Assembly: GCF_037042905.1 (NCBI RefSeq)
Contig: NC_087251.1
Span: forward strand, 20,832,001-20,896,000
DNA from: Lytechinus pictus
Taxonomy: Eukaryota
Direction of reading: 5' to 3'
DNA length: 64,000 bases
Below are positions 27,401 to 40,807 of this stretch, piece after piece (positions within the stretch are counted from its first letter, which is position 1; every line of letters begins with the position of its first letter). A program made the translations under genes and the position numbers. The notes under the pieces were generated by a model, which worked only from the letters and a program-made list of their open reading frames with translations, was not told the DNA's origin and did not search any database.

Positions 27401-29358
27401 GGTTTTGCATTAATCATAATGTGTATTTTTTCAAATTTTCTTTTCTTTATTTCATAAGATGTTTTTCTTTAAAGCACTAGAATTTATAGACACCATTCAT
27501 TGTTTCGCTTTCAATATCAACAATCAAGTTTGTTCCAAATAAAGTTTTGTCTACAAAATTAGCATCGGCATTCTTTCAAAATGGAATACATGAAATCTTA
27601 TGTGTGAAAGTAGAAAATAAGTCAGAGTTAATCTTGAAAGTTTGAAAAAAGTTGTGGTCATTTGAAAAATGAGATCAATAAGACTATATAAATGTCAAAT
27701 TGGCAACTTGAAAGGATAGGGGCGACAGATCCCATCTGTCCTGTACATAATTTATTATAAATTTGTGCTTTCCTCAACTTAGCACCTTTTCCCTTGGGCA
27801 ATGATCAAGATAACATTAAAAGAGTATTGGCATGACCTTTGTCCTTATAAATGGAGGAGGAGTAGTCCCTTCCCAACATCACAATGATGTAACCTTTGCC
27901 AACAATTTGAAATCTCCATAGTCATATGCATATATGCATAGTGATTACAACTTTTTTTACCCCCCCCCCATTTATACAGGTTGTCTGGTTCTTTTTAAAC
28001 TCTCACCAATCCCTTTTTCTAATTTTCTTTGTACTTTTGAATTAACTTTCCAATTATGTTGTATTCTCCTTTCATTCCATTAGCTGTATGATAAATAATA
28101 ATGCCATATGTTTTTTTTTCCATTTTTCCTTCCAGCTGCAGAGTGGGAGAAGCTTGCCAAAGCTTTAGAAGTACTAAGTGATGAGGATGCAAGGGTCAGT
28201 ATTATGCATTGAGTAATGTTTAGTGGATAACAAGGCTCTAGCAATCTGACTGTCTTTAGTTTAGAATGACAAATTTATGTAATACCTGTCAACACTGCCT
28301 AGAGACAACTATGCATTTTATAACCTTTTACCAAAGTAAAAGTTTCCTGTGATCTATTGCTTATTTTAGTTCTTAAGATTTTGTACTAAATCCTAATTAC
28401 TTATTTATTTAGTTATTGAAATATATTACACTGCCATCCTGTGACATAGTAAAATAAATAATAAAAATCACAATTAAAACGCGCAGAAATAATATACGAT
28501 CAGTAATAATAATGACAAAGAATACAAATATCAGACCTCTTCTGTAAATGTAATTGTGAACTAGCCGTAATTCCTAAACTGTTACCCCAAACTGATATGG
28601 CATAAGCTAAACATTGAAAAATATTAGATTTATACAGCCTATTTAACAATGATTTATTTAGAAAAGATTGAAGTTTGCCTAGCAAAAATACCTTATAGGC
28701 TAACAACTTTTTTTTCCATCTTATAAAAGACCATGACAAGAATGAGAATCTATACCTGGACTAACAATATTGTTCTTATTTCTTTATTATATTTAAAGAC
28801 GTGTGTGGGTAAAAAGCAATGATCTATTTCACACCCTTTTTTACTTTTTTTGCTGAAATTTGTAATTTTCCCTCTAAAAAAGTACTATTTGTTTCAAAGT
28901 TGAAAACAATGTGGTGGGGTTAAGGGTTATGTAATGGGTCATCAATACATTACACCACCATAATGTCTGACTCATTTATTATTGGCCTGGGGGTGGTGGC
29001 TCAACTTGCCCCTATGCTCAACTTACCCCGCCTTCCCCTTCTGTTATGGATCTGGATGTGTACACTGCTGGACCAATTTGTATGAATGGATAATGATTTT
29101 CTCATATAAATTTGATGATTAAGTGAATAATTTGTTTCTGTATGACACATCTTTTTAAAATGATGTTTATCGTTGTGATGAAATTATTTTAAGTGAGCAA
29201 TTTCTTGTATTTTGTTTCATTTTAGGCCACTTATGATAAGGTTCTCAAAGCAAAGAAGGCAGCAGAACTCAGGAACAAAGCACTTGAGGGAAAAAGAAGA
29301 AAAATTAAAGAAGGTACGGTGAAATGATTTTATCAGCTTTTTTTTTTCATACATTTGG

Positions 29359-29391
<33 letters not shown>

Positions 29392-32300
29392 GGGGGGGGG
29401 GGGGGGTTCTGCTCATGTAGCAATAGATCAGTCATTCTTCTGGTTCTTGTATTTTTCCCACGCCTACAAGTATGATTATTTATCAGTCATTGAAGCCTAT
29501 GTCATAATAGCTTAATGAAGTAAAGAGAATAGAACAGACTTGAATATTAATGGTTTTATGCTTCATTTTTTTTATTGTTTTCTAATATCAGGGGATATTT
29601 GCCAGTGGTACAACCAATGTGGAATGACTACCATTTTGATAATATTGCCAAGATCTAAGTTTCACAATAGGCTTTCCAGGATTTGCAAATTGTTATTGAC
29701 CGATGAAGATCATTGTTGTATGCACTTCATGATAGCATATGTCAGAATTGTTTGAAATTTGTAATTGATTACAAATATATATGTTGTACGTACCCCTGGG
29801 GCGATTTGATTCAGCTGTTCATAAAGTCATGGATTACTTTGAAAATATCAAGCCAAATGGGATTCTTAATCAGGTTTATTTCCATCAAGTGCAATTTGAA
29901 TATGAATTCATTTTAGATTTATGTCATAATTGCATAAACCATTTTATTACAAAATGTATTATGACATAATCTACTTAAGACAGTTGCTCTAGAAACACTA
30001 TTACACTTTGCTAAAAACCCAGTTACGCAATGCCCACATTGGGATAAACTTTAACATCTTGTATAGCTCTTCAGATGCTATCCACCCAAAACTTTATGCT
30101 TTACTTTAGAAAAGGATTTACGAAACACTCCAGCTTCATATAATAAAAGCTTCCATTTTGATTATATGCTTATCCTTTACTTTTCAGACCTTGAATCAAG
30201 AGAAGCCTCATACAAGAAAGAACAAGAAACTTCTACAACTGATATAATTTCCTTGGAGGAAAAGGTAAGCACATGTAATCATAAATCAGGTTATTGGACT
30301 ATTACTGCAAGACAAGTGTTAGATAAGTCAGGTTAACCAAACCAGACTTGTACCACAGATCAAGGCCACAGGTTATTGAATTTTTTGCCTTTTTAAAATC
30401 TTGTTCATTTTCTTAGTTAGACCAAAATGTATAAGAATTTATTCATTAGTTTGATGGAATTCATTTCGGTATGAGACCACTTCTCAAACTAAGAATAGGA
30501 TGAAACTTTCAGGATGCAATCTTATTTATAACTTGTTTTATATACAAGTACTTTCTTGGTAAAATACACATTTATAAATGTTTAAAGGGTCTACCGAAGG
30601 GCTTCTATTAAGAAAAACAAAAACATTATTTAGAGAGGACACAACGCTATATTAAAAGAAAAAGTCAAATTTTCATAAAGTGTCAGATAGAGATTCCAGA
30701 GAAATCTGAATGTACACTTGGCTTTGAAAGTTATATTGTCCAGATACTGCTTACACAGCTGATGATACATGATGCCATGGATTTTATGTTGTAAAATCAT
30801 AGTTCTAATGGGGCTTCTTTTCATCACACCGTAGATCAAGCGATTGAGGGAAGAAGGATCACAGACATTGAAGAAAGAACAAGAGCTTCTAAGAAATGAA
30901 CTCCATTCTGCTCTTTCTCCAGATGAAGGTAACTCTCCACTTCAATTTTCCTAATATATTACAAACACTTTTTTTACATTAAAGAAAGCATCTTCATTAT
31001 TGAACTACAGGTATTTATATTTTTGCAGTTTGCAGGTTTTTCATTGTTTGTTTGTGTGTGCATTGTAAATTTTGTAATTGGTGTGGCAAAGAGGATTTTT
31101 TTTTTAAATTAAAATTAAAATTTTTTAAAATTCCTCTCATGAATGAATTATTTTTTAAAGTATGTTGATTTTCCAGACACGAGTCAATTTCCTTTGAATG
31201 TTGGATTTAAAAAAAAGAAAGAAAGAAATTTTATTTCAGAATAATCTGGTCCACTACATATATTTTTGTCCTCCCCATCACTTCTAAACTTGAGTTATAT
31301 GTTTACAATTTATTGTTTTCCACTTACTTTTACCATACATGTCCTCTTCAGATACATCCCCTAAATTGAAGATCAAATGGAAAGCACAGAAAGGAGATGT
31401 ATCGAATGGAGGATATGATTATGCTTTCTTGAAACGCATTTTTGGAAAGGTGAGCTATTACATCAGTTGGTTGTTAGAATGTTCTATCTGGGAATGGCGA
31501 CTATGTGTAATTGCCATATGAAGCTTATGATTTGGAACCCTGTATCTTTTGATAAATGAAACTTGAGAAGTCTTTTCAATATAAGTTGTCATGACTGTTT
31601 AGTTTTAAACCTTGTTTTCAAATTACATAAACCTGTTAATAGAATGAAATATTACACAAGTTATGAAAAGAGTTATAAAATATTGTGAATGCTGCATAAT
31701 TGAATCACACAGTCCATGCAGGACCGTAAGAGGCTTTGTATTTGTTTTCTTAAGACAGGGTATTGTATTCATGTATTTTTTATTTCAATTGATAAGTAAA
31801 TATATGATTTTATTACATAATATTTTTAATCATTGCATATCACCACTCACAAGATGAACCTCAAAGATATACAACAAGTTGTATTGTTGTCGTTTGCATT
31901 TGGTCCAAATGTGATACAGATATTTATGTTTCTTCTTATCTTTCTAATTTGATTATTCTCATTTTCTCTTGCATCTTCTCCCCCTTCATCTGCTCATTTT
32001 CAGTATGGACAGGTCAAGAATTTGATATTGTCAAGCAAGCGGAATGGTAGTGCTATAATTGAGTTCTCATCTGCTGCTGCTGCTGTAAGTTTAAAAGATT
32101 AATGAAAAATGTAGAGGTTATATCTACATGCAGAAATTAGAAAGAATATAAAATATATAAAAAGGCTACCATTCTATGTGCAGATGTTTTCTAAAAGACC
32201 TTTTATGGTCATATTAATTAGTTTTTTTAAGCTAATATCCACCAATTTGGTTTGTTTTTATAAGCAGAAATGTAGTACACATGCATTTATTTTTTTACGC

Positions 32301-32841
32301 AAGTTTTTGACAGGTGTGAATATTTGAAATGAAATCTGTCACAATATTTTCAAATTATCAGTATAAAGTCATCGCAAATTCGGCTGAGTTGGCTTGGGTG
32401 ATTCGGGAATCAATCTAGCTAGATTTTCGCTGTCTTTTCTGTTTTATATTTCACTATAGCCCTTTAAAGGGTATGAGTTATGCCCATTCATGAAGGATGG
32501 TTTTGAGACTGAAATTTCCATACATGCTGTATGCTGTACAAAGGCTATTGCTTAGAAACTGAAAAGGAATTATTGTCTTCCTGACCTGGGGGCCGTTTCA
32601 TAAAGCTGTTTGTTAGTTAAGAGCGACTTTAAGAACGACTGGTGAACCCTTCTTACGTGCTAAATCATCGTCAATTCAATATACCATTTACCACAAGAAA
32701 GGATCACCAGTCGTTCTTAAAGTCGCTCTTAACTTACGAACAGCTTTATGAAACACCACCTGGCAGTTAGTGTTTTAGATTTTAATTTTTGTCTCACCTG
32801 CATAGCAGAGTGAGACTATAGGCGCCGCTTTTCCGACGGCG

Positions 32842-32884
<43 letters not shown>

Positions 32885-34992
32885 CGGCGGCGTCAACACC
32901 AAATCTTAACCTGAGGTTAAGTTTTTGAAATGACAGCATAACTTAGAAAGTATATGGACCTAGTTCATGAAACTTGGCCATAAGGTTAATCAAGTATTAC
33001 TGAACATCCTGCCTGAGTTTCATGTCACATGACTAAGGTCAAAGGTCATTTAGGGTCAATGAACTTAGACCATGTTGGGGGAATCAACATCAAAATCTTA
33101 ACCTAAGGTTAAGTTTTTGAAATGTCATCATAACTTAGAAAATATATGGACCTAGTTCATGAAACTTATACATAAGGTTAATCAAGTATCACTGAACATC
33201 CTGCATGAGTTTCACGTCACATGACCAAGGTCAAAGGTCATTTAGGGTCAATGAACTTTGGCCGAATTGGGGGTATCTGTTGAATTACCATCATAACTTT
33301 GAAAGTTTATGGATCTGATTCATGAAACTTGGACATAATAGTAATCAAGTATTACTGAACATCCTGTGCAAGTTTCAGGTCACATGGTCAAGGTCAAAGG
33401 TCATTTAGGGTCAATGAACTTTGGCCAAATTGGGGTATTTGTTGAATTACAGCCATAAATTTGAAAGTGTGTTGGTCTAGTTCATAAAACTTGGACATAA
33501 TAGTAATCAAGTATCACTGAACATCCTGTGCGAGTTTCAGGTCACATGATCAAGGTCAAAGGTCATGTAAGGTCAAAGAACTTTGGCCACGTTGGGGGTA
33601 TTTTTTGAATTGCCATCATATCTCTATAAGTGTATTGGTCTAGTTCATAAAACGTGGAAATAAGAGTAACCAAGTATCACTGAACATCTTGTGCGAGTTA
33701 TAGTAGTTTTCAAAATCAGCACTGCTGCTACATGTATATTGAATCGCGTGATGCAGGTGAGACGGCCAGAGGCATTCCACTTGTTACATTATTTTATGAC
33801 TCAAATTATTATGAAAAAAAGATGTTAAAGCCCAGCGCACACTATGCGATCTGATGCGACATGATTTTTTTAAATAAATCACATTTTACTCTAAATGTGT
33901 AAGGTCCAAGAAGTAAAATTATTTAATTAGTTCTGTATGATGTTAGAATACTGAAATCATAATTTTGCTTTGTGGCAAGCCCTGTGGTTGGAGTGAAGTC
34001 CAAGTTGGTTTCAACTCGAACCTGAGGATGACATCATTACGATTTTGAATTGAATTGCTTCTATTCCTACAGGGAGGCTCGAACTAGACTGAATTTTGTC
34101 TTCAGAAGTCCTACCACTATTCTGAAGTCTGATTCCTAGATTTTTTTTGGTTGGAATGTGCATATCAAAATGTAATTACAATTTCTTTGAAATTCAGATC
34201 ACAATGAATTGTATAGTGTGCGCTGGGCCTTAGTATTTTTTTCATCATTTTCTGTGAAATCCTTTTTTTCCCATCATTTTAGGAAATGGCTGTCTCAAAT
34301 GAATTTGGTCTACCTAACAACCCATTGCAGCTAACCTGGCTGTCAGGAAAGCCAGAGAAAAAGCCTGAAGAAGTGGTGCATATGGTAAGATATGCGAATA
34401 CTCTAACATCAGCACTACTTTAATCTCTTTGAAACACAGAATGCTCTTCTCAACCTAGAAATTCACCTTAGAGAGTGTAATTGACACATGTGCAGTATGA
34501 TGTATAACTTGAACTTGTGCCACTATATCATTATTAACTTGTTGAGCATTATTCCTGAAATAATTCAGACTAAGGTCTTAAAAGAAAGTGCATTTCACTG
34601 AAATCAAATGTTAAATGGTATAAAACAATATCAGTACACTAATATTGCTGATCTTCGTATGTGTGTGTGTTCATATTAATCAAACTGAACTGTTGTGTAG
34701 AATACAAAGAATTATAATGTAGTACATGTACCATGGACATCATGAATTACCAATACATTTTAATTTTTTTTTTACCCAGGAATCTGCTGTGGAAAAACAG
34801 TTTGAGGAAGATGTCTTGCAGCTTCTTCTCCAAGCAGAAGCCAACAAACAAAAACAACAGCAACCAACTTGCAAAGAACAATCCAGTGAAAGCTCACATC
34901 AAAACAGTGAAGATTCAGAGGTTGAGAAAGACCAGTACTATGAACATTGTCCTCCATCCTATTTGAATGAAAAAGAAGGGGATGATGGATGA
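24360..34992 (+). CDS. DNAJC17: DnaJ homolog subfamily C member 17 (J domain + coiled coil + RRM); 10 exons, 948 nt, 315 aa
   Basis: Spliced translation [146 protein letters not shown]. It contains the HPD motif and the DNAJC17/Cwf23-type RRM. All junctions are GT-AG with consistent phases. Confidence 0.93.
24615..25244. mobile_element. Foldback-type MITE with ~220-bp terminal inverted repeats and 7-bp TSD TGATCAC
   Basis: 24615-24835 is the near-perfect reverse complement of 25011-25244; flanked by TGATCAC at 24608-24614 and 25245-25251. Confidence 0.88.
27256..27325 (+). CDS. DNAJC17: DNAJC17 exon 2
   Basis: aacag|[23 protein letters not shown]|gtaagc; HPD motif. Confidence 0.93.
28136..28194 (+). 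CDS. DNAJC17: DNAJC17 exon 3
   Basis: tccag|[20 protein letters not shown]|gtcagt. Confidence 0.9.
28440..28780 (-). mobile_element. Decayed LINE (CR1/L2-clade) ORF2 fragment
   Basis: The - strand translation [28 protein letters not shown] resembles the post-RT LYxxxxxxxLxYxxxVWG..LQKR motif. Confidence 0.6.
29226..29313 (+). CDS. DNAJC17: DNAJC17 exon 4
   Basis: tttag|[29 protein letters not shown]|gtacgg. Confidence 0.9.
30188..30264 (+). CDS. DNAJC17: DNAJC17 exon 5
   Basis: ttcag|[26 protein letters not shown]|gtaagc. Confidence 0.88.
30835..30928 (+). CDS. DNAJC17: DNAJC17 exon 6
   Basis: cgtag|[31 protein letters not shown]|gtaact. Confidence 0.9.
31352..31449 (+). CDS. DNAJC17: DNAJC17 exon 7
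   Basis: ttcag|[33 protein letters not shown]|gtgagc. Confidence 0.92.
32004..32084 (+). CDS. DNAJC17: DNAJC17 exon 8
   Basis: ttcag|[27 protein letters not shown]|gtaagt. Confidence 0.92.
32589..32759. mobile_element. Short palindromic MITE, CTG TSD (PIF/Harbinger-like)
   Basis: ~55-bp TIRs gtttcataaagctg..gactggtga / tcaccagtc..cagctttatgaaac. Confidence 0.8.
32786..33785 (+). mobile_element. HINE/Helentron-like non-autonomous element with (GGC)n microsatellite and internal tandem core repeats
   Basis: Subterminal inverted repeats GTCTCACCTGCAT (32791) / ATGCAGGTGAGAC (33751); T-rich flanks; (GGC)n near the 5' end; several ~160-190-bp core repeats containing aaggtcaaaggtca. Confidence 0.8.
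33828..34230. mobile_element. MITE
   Basis: TIR gcccagcgcacactat / atagtgtgcgctgggc. Confidence 0.7.
34283..34384 (+). CDS. DNAJC17: DNAJC17 exon 9
   Basis: tttag|[34 protein letters not shown]|gtaaga. Confidence 0.9.
34780..34992 (+). CDS. DNAJC17: DNAJC17 exon 10 (terminal)
   Basis: cccag|[27 protein letters not shown] (TGA 34990-34992). Confidence 0.82.
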   Translation, partial: ESAVEKQFEEDVLQLLLQAEANKQKQQQPTCKEQSSESSHQNSEDSEVEKDQYYEHCPPSYLNEKEGDDG

Positions 34993-35050
34993 TGAATTGT
35001 GATGGACATAAACATCAATATTTCTATCAGCAGGAAAGACTCTTATATTT

Positions 35051-35406
35051 AATAGTAATAATCCGTTTTTTATATAGCGCTTAATATATCGGAACGACGT
35101 GTCTAAGCGCTTTACAGATATATTATTACCCCGGTCATCGGATTCAATCAGTCATTCCCGCACACAATGTGTGCACATCCTCCACTCCCTGGGGAGTATT
35201 CCAGTCAGTCGCCGGTGAGGCGCACACAGTACTGGACAAGCTACAATGACTTTCACATCCTACCGGGTACCCATTTAGCACCTGAGTCGAGAGTGGCAAA
35301 GTGTGGATTAACGCCTTGCCAAAGGACGCCAGACCGCGGTAGGATTAGAACACACGACCCTCTGTTTACAAGGCGAGAGTCAGAACCACTACACCACGGC
35401 TCCTCC
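35051..35406 (-). mobile_element. tRNA-derived SINE, antisense, just 3' of the DNAJC17 stop
   Basis: On the - strand: A box (gtggtgtagtgg), B box-like (gttctaatcc), conserved core ctcgactcaggtg..aaatgggtacc, LINE-like tail aagcgctatataaa + (atta)n. Confidence 0.8.
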
Positions 35407-37729
35407 ATTTTACATCACTTGCCTGTGAAGGGTGTGAAGGATATATCGCTCTTTCTATTCACTCAACTACTATGCTGCACTGTGTACACAAATACAACCA
35501 GGAAAACATGGTAGTTTTTGCTGGTTGAAACATGAATACCCACATGAGGCATTTAGGTTTTCAAAAATGCAAAAGTGTTTAGAGGCACAAAATTGTATGT
35601 TTCTGGACTTTGCCCAAAATTGGTTAAGAAAGTTTTTTTTCCTGAATATGTCTAAACATATCTACTGGTAAGTTATCTTTTCGCATTGTTAATAGGGGCT
35701 GCGGTATTGTTATATGGTACCATTGACAAAGAAATTAGATGGAACTCTGTGAAGTAGGAATGGATCCGACTGGACAAAAAAAATATATGCTCCTTTTTTT
35801 CTTTTCACACAACCGATTTAATAAAACATGCTTGATCATTCAATCTTAATGTAGAAACTTCAAAATTTAAGAGGTTTAGTTATTAAGCAGTCATGGATCT
35901 GCTTGAAGATAATGCTACAGCTTCATGGCCACCTCATCTAATATCAGTTGGTCTAGTTCCTTGATCTAGACCAATTCCTTTTATCAACTTTGATGTATAA
36001 TAATTTTTATTTGATGATTGATTCACTTCATCTTGTTATATTTACCATCTTGAACCTGTTTATATAAGTGGGAATAAAAAAATGTCAGACCAAGAATGGA
36101 TAGTGCATGGAATGGATAGAACCTATCAAATTCAGATTGAATGGTTGATGGACCAAGGGGCAACCAGATTTAATGGTCATTAGACAATTTGTTGTTGACA
36201 AAAAGATGGGATCATTTGGGGTGACACCAAGCAAGCATAATAAAAATGGGAATTGATCAGACCCGGGGCAACACTAATTCAAACAAAAATAATAAAAAAG
36301 AATAATAGTAAGAAAAGGGTGTAAGATAGAAAAGGAGTATCAAATTGAGAGATATTAGTGATGTAACTCTAATGCCCCTATTATGCAATTGAGAGGAGAA
36401 AATATGTCACTTTCAGGTCATCTTACCCCCTTTTGCGAATGCATTGGTACTGCCCATGTGGTGAAGTGGTAATGTGGAATGTCATAAAGTTGCCTGTTTG
36501 TGTTTGAATAATTATAACTTTAAAAGTATAGAAATTAGAAGATGTCGGGCAAAGCACAATGTTTTTTTTTTGCTAATTTTTTTTTAAAAAGAGAATCTAG
36601 TACATTTCATGCTTTAGGGGGCTGTTTAATAAAGGTGTACATGACTTTTAGACATGACATTTGAACAACCGGAACATAAAGTGCCGAAATAAAGTATCTC
36701 ACAAACTACCAACAAACAATGACTGTATCTCAGATGATTTCGTTCTTTATTGGGATAACAATGTGATTTTACCCTGAACATATTTTTCAACAGTTACAAT
36801 TTGACTAAACACCTGCATGATTTAACTTCAGCTACTAGGTTTACTTTACAACACACATTCAACTTCATGAACAGCTTAATGAAATGACGTCCAGGTGGCT
36901 GTTTTCAGAGAGTTCTACTTGATCTAATCAATTATGACTATTCAAAGCAAACAACAGTATTTTTCAATCTGTTCTGTAGAGCCACAGTACGAATACTCAT
37001 GCATGAGTAAAGGAATGTACTTGGATAATAAAAATGAAAGAAAATTATCAAACATACTATTGTGAATTTCCTGACACAAAGCAAATAATAATATGCATGT
37101 AAAGTTTACTTGGTTTTGTGAGATATATCATTTTATAAACCATTTTTCTAGGGAGGGGATAATGTATGGTATCAGCCTTTTGAATAAATTCTTTTGATAT
37201 CCAATCACTTTCTGGAAGAGTCTTTTGGTAAAACTTGATGTTTTCTTTTTTTTTTAACTGGCTCAGCACAGTTATGATTTCTGCCAAACTCAAGTTAATA
37301 GTTATTATCTTGGAAAGTTTTCTTGATTAGATTATGGACTTGTTGGAGTCATACAATGTCAAAGGTGTATCCTCTTTCAAAACTACTTTGTTATCATGTC
37401 CGTTTAATGTATCAGACTTGCCCAACGACGACTGAATTGCCAGTTTTTGGATTATGACATACAAATAATGCACAGGTAAGGTTGTATTGATGGCAATGCA
37501 TCCAAATGCACGGTGCTGCATCCAGAATGCATAGCTGGAGGGTTGTGGAAAATTAAAGTGTAAACATGTGACTTGCATATGCATTTAGCATTGGCTAGAT
37601 TCTTGAACTTTTTTATATATCGGACAGGAATTGTGAATAACATTCTGCATACCACATTGAGATAAATGTCTCAATGCAGTGATGAGAGAACGTAGGATCT
37701 GTGTTATTGTCATGAACATTTTTTATCAG

Positions 37730-37888
37730 GTCCCTGTAACACGAAAGGTTAGCAATTAATCGCTAATTTGAAAGAACAATTCAGATTGGTTCCTAGTCAG
37801 TCTACAAGCAAAATGAGCCTACAACGATGATATTAATAAGCCATTTCATTATATAGCGATTAATTGCTAAACTTTGTGTTACGGGACC
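37730..37888. mobile_element. Short MITE, CAG TSD (PIF/Harbinger-like)
   Basis: gtccctgtaacacgaaaggttagcaattaatcgcta / tagcgattaattgctaaactttgtgttacgggacc, flanked by cag. Confidence 0.75.
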
Positions 37889-38504
37889 CAGGAGTGAATA
37901 GTTTAGATATGACATGAGATGAATGAATGATGAATGATGGCAACGAAAGATAAACTTTGGTTAGAAACCCTAGTTTTCTGTGATCACTCAATTCAGCGAG
38001 AACCCAGAATTTATGGTAAGCACAATTTTCAGCCCCCTCAAAAAAAATATTATTTACCAAATTTACAGTGAAAATTAAAGCAATATCCAATGAAACAAAA
38101 CCATGTATAATTAAAGGTAAATTCTGTCTATTAAACCTGTTCCCGGTGTTAAACATGCGTTTACCCAGCTTTACCTGCATGGAAACTACTGTCTTTTTCT
38201 GAAATTACATCATCATATGTCGTGTACATGTCACTGAAGAACACCAAATAACACATGGGGCAATTTACTGGGAGACTGAGGTCTCTCTATCCTATGGGGT
38301 GTGGATGTTGCATAAAACTTATTGAAAATCAGTCGCTAATTTTTTTACTTCGAATTTGAATGAATTTATTTTTTTTTATAAAAGATTTGGCTGCAAGTAA
38401 TAGACAATGAATCAGTGGCAGACTTGCAATTGATAACATGACTTATGATTAAATATGGGACCTAAAATTAACTAGCGATTGATTGGAACTTTCTTGCAAT
38501 GCCC

Positions 38505-38945
38505 CATGAGAGGAGATCAGGAGAGAATTGTGTGAAAATATATACAAAAATAGAGAGGGAGTTGAAGAAAAATGCAAGGAAAGGAAGAAAAAAAAGGAAA
38601 ACTATAAGAAGAAAAGGGAGAAAAGGAATAGAAAAGAGGAAGAAAAATAGGAAAGGACTAAGGGAAAGTGAAAAGGATAAAGAAAAGGGGAGGATCAAAG
38701 GAAGAAAAAGAGGAAAATGAGAAGAATGGGAAAAGGGAAGGAGAAATGGACGAGAAAAGTACATAAAAATGAGGGAGAAAAGTACTGTTAAAGACTGAGA
38801 AAGAGAGGCAGACGCCGGGGGGCAGACGTAAACGAAAAAATTCCTAAAAATGAAGGAGAAAAGTACTCGAGAATCGGAGAGGCAGAGTGCCGTGGATGAG
38901 GGAGGATCTCGTGAATTGGAAGAATGGGGGAAGGGGGAAGGAAAA
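38505..38945. repeat. Purine-rich (GA) low-complexity tract
   Basis: Strongly A/G-biased + strand. Confidence 0.7.
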
Positions 38946-39346
38946 TCCCAACGCATCCATTATCATCCCCGGTTATCGATTATCAGATGCCTGTTCATGA
39001 ACTTTATTTTGAATAAATCAACTTGTCTGGAAAATGGAATCCTGATTAGTCCATCTTTGTCAGAAACTATGGTCGCAAAAACGGGGTAATAATGACATAA
39101 TGTGGGGCGCCTGTGTACACACATAACGAACAAACCGGATCTTACCACCAGCAGAGCGAGGGGCTAAAAGAGTCTACTGCCCGCTGAGGGGTAATAATAG
39201 AGCTCCAGTGAAGTATCCAACGCGAAGCTTGGTGTTACCAACGAAAGAAAGGAAGCAGATTATCACATTTTACGAACATATTCTGGAATAATATGGATGT
39301 ATAAAGGATCATAAGTGTTGTTACATACATCGAGAACATCGAAACG
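38800..39346 (+). promoter_or_regulatory. Putative CpG-rich promoter and non-coding first exon of the TPC-like gene
   Basis: Local CpG enrichment followed by a good donor (acg|gtatgt at 39346/39347). The coding exon at 46796 has an acceptor and so needs an upstream exon. Inference only. Confidence 0.35.
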
Positions 39347-40807
39347 GTATGTATATTTGATTCATGATAATGTAACGTCATGTAAAATCGACCACTAATT
39401 TCATTCGCAGAAACTTGTTGAGTTTAAAAACTTCACTCTTGTCCCCCATGTAATACCCGGTACCGTACATGTACGAAGTACAGAGGAAAACACGAGAATG
39501 GGTTTATATATATAGCCGGTATGTCAATGTGTTCTGTGGTGTGAGGAATGCTCTGGTTGAGCACAGAGTTTTCTTCTTTTAATGTTGGCCTATATTCATG
39601 GTCTACTTACATTTAAATTCCCTGTCTGCATGCTGTTTATGTTGTTTATTGCTTTGAATCCTGCTCTTTTATAGATATAAAAAGAAATCAAGTTTGTGCA
39701 ATTAAACTAAAGTTTTGCCGCATTTTCCCTTTCAATTTTCATTCGCACTGTGACTGCAAACATGACAAAATCAATGTGTCTGTCACCTAATCTTTAGGAC
39801 TCCATGATGATGTTTTTTTAAAAGATTTTGACATACATTTCTTCATCATGGATCTATGAACCTTCAGGTGCCTAATGCGTATAAAGGGATAAAAATTATT
39901 TCACTATAAATGGTAAATGAGACGTTTCTTACCAGACCCGATCTCCCGTAGATCCCTCGATCCGTTTGTCAACAAAGCAAAGACAATAGACCTGACCCTT
40001 GAACCGCTTCGTGATGACGTACTTCCGACTAGCGATGCCGTTTTGAAGAACAATTTATAGATAAACATTATTATTTCACAAATACTAAAATTCAATACAT
40101 GATTATAAATAATTAGTATATAGGGTTTCCTAGGGAAATCCATCTTTGTGTACATGTGTCTCTTTGGGCCAATTCGGTTTGAACTTTGACAAATGGACAA
40201 CCCCTCAGAATAGTTATATAACTTATATTTGGTTTGACAAAAATTTGTTGACATCAGGTCACCCCCCAAAAAAAAAAATAATACAAACAATTCACAATTA
40301 AATGGATGTGCACTTCTTAAAATCCAAAACAGTGACAACATTATTGACAAGCAAAAACAATTAGCCAGTTTTGACAAGTAGTTTGACTTTCCATAGACAA
40401 TACATTAGATGATCATAAAGTGAGGAACTACATAAATTGTGAGATTACAGTGTAAGTCCACCCTGACAACAAATTGGTTAATACACAGAAAAACTGAAAG
40501 AAACGGGCATATATGTTAAAGTTTTGACATATTCTTTGCTCATATAAATTTCATAACTTTTAATGTTTCTGTGGTTCATGCAGGTTCATGTCAAGAAAGC
40601 ATTTTGCACAGAATTAAACTTTCAAATGTATAAAATAGTGTGTCACCCTTAATTTTCTGAGAAAATGATGTTTTGGCCTTTTGGGGAATCTATGTCACAC
40701 AGGACATATAATGGAGCTTCTCTCATGTGACATTACAAAATAAACTTACTCTGTCGTATTTATGAACCTAAAAATGTTTCTCAACATTGATTTCCCCCAT
40801 AGCTTAA

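Noticed and set aside
35167-35514. 115-aa ORF
   Set aside because: Lies on the antisense strand of a SINE; no homology signal.
38468-38956. 162-aa Phe/Leu/Ser-rich ORF and the overlapping Lys/Arg-rich ORF
   Set aside because: Translation of a GA low-complexity tract; no domain content.
39904-40377. 157-aa - strand ORF
   Set aside because: Non-ATG start, AT-rich intronic/repeat composition, no recognisable motif.
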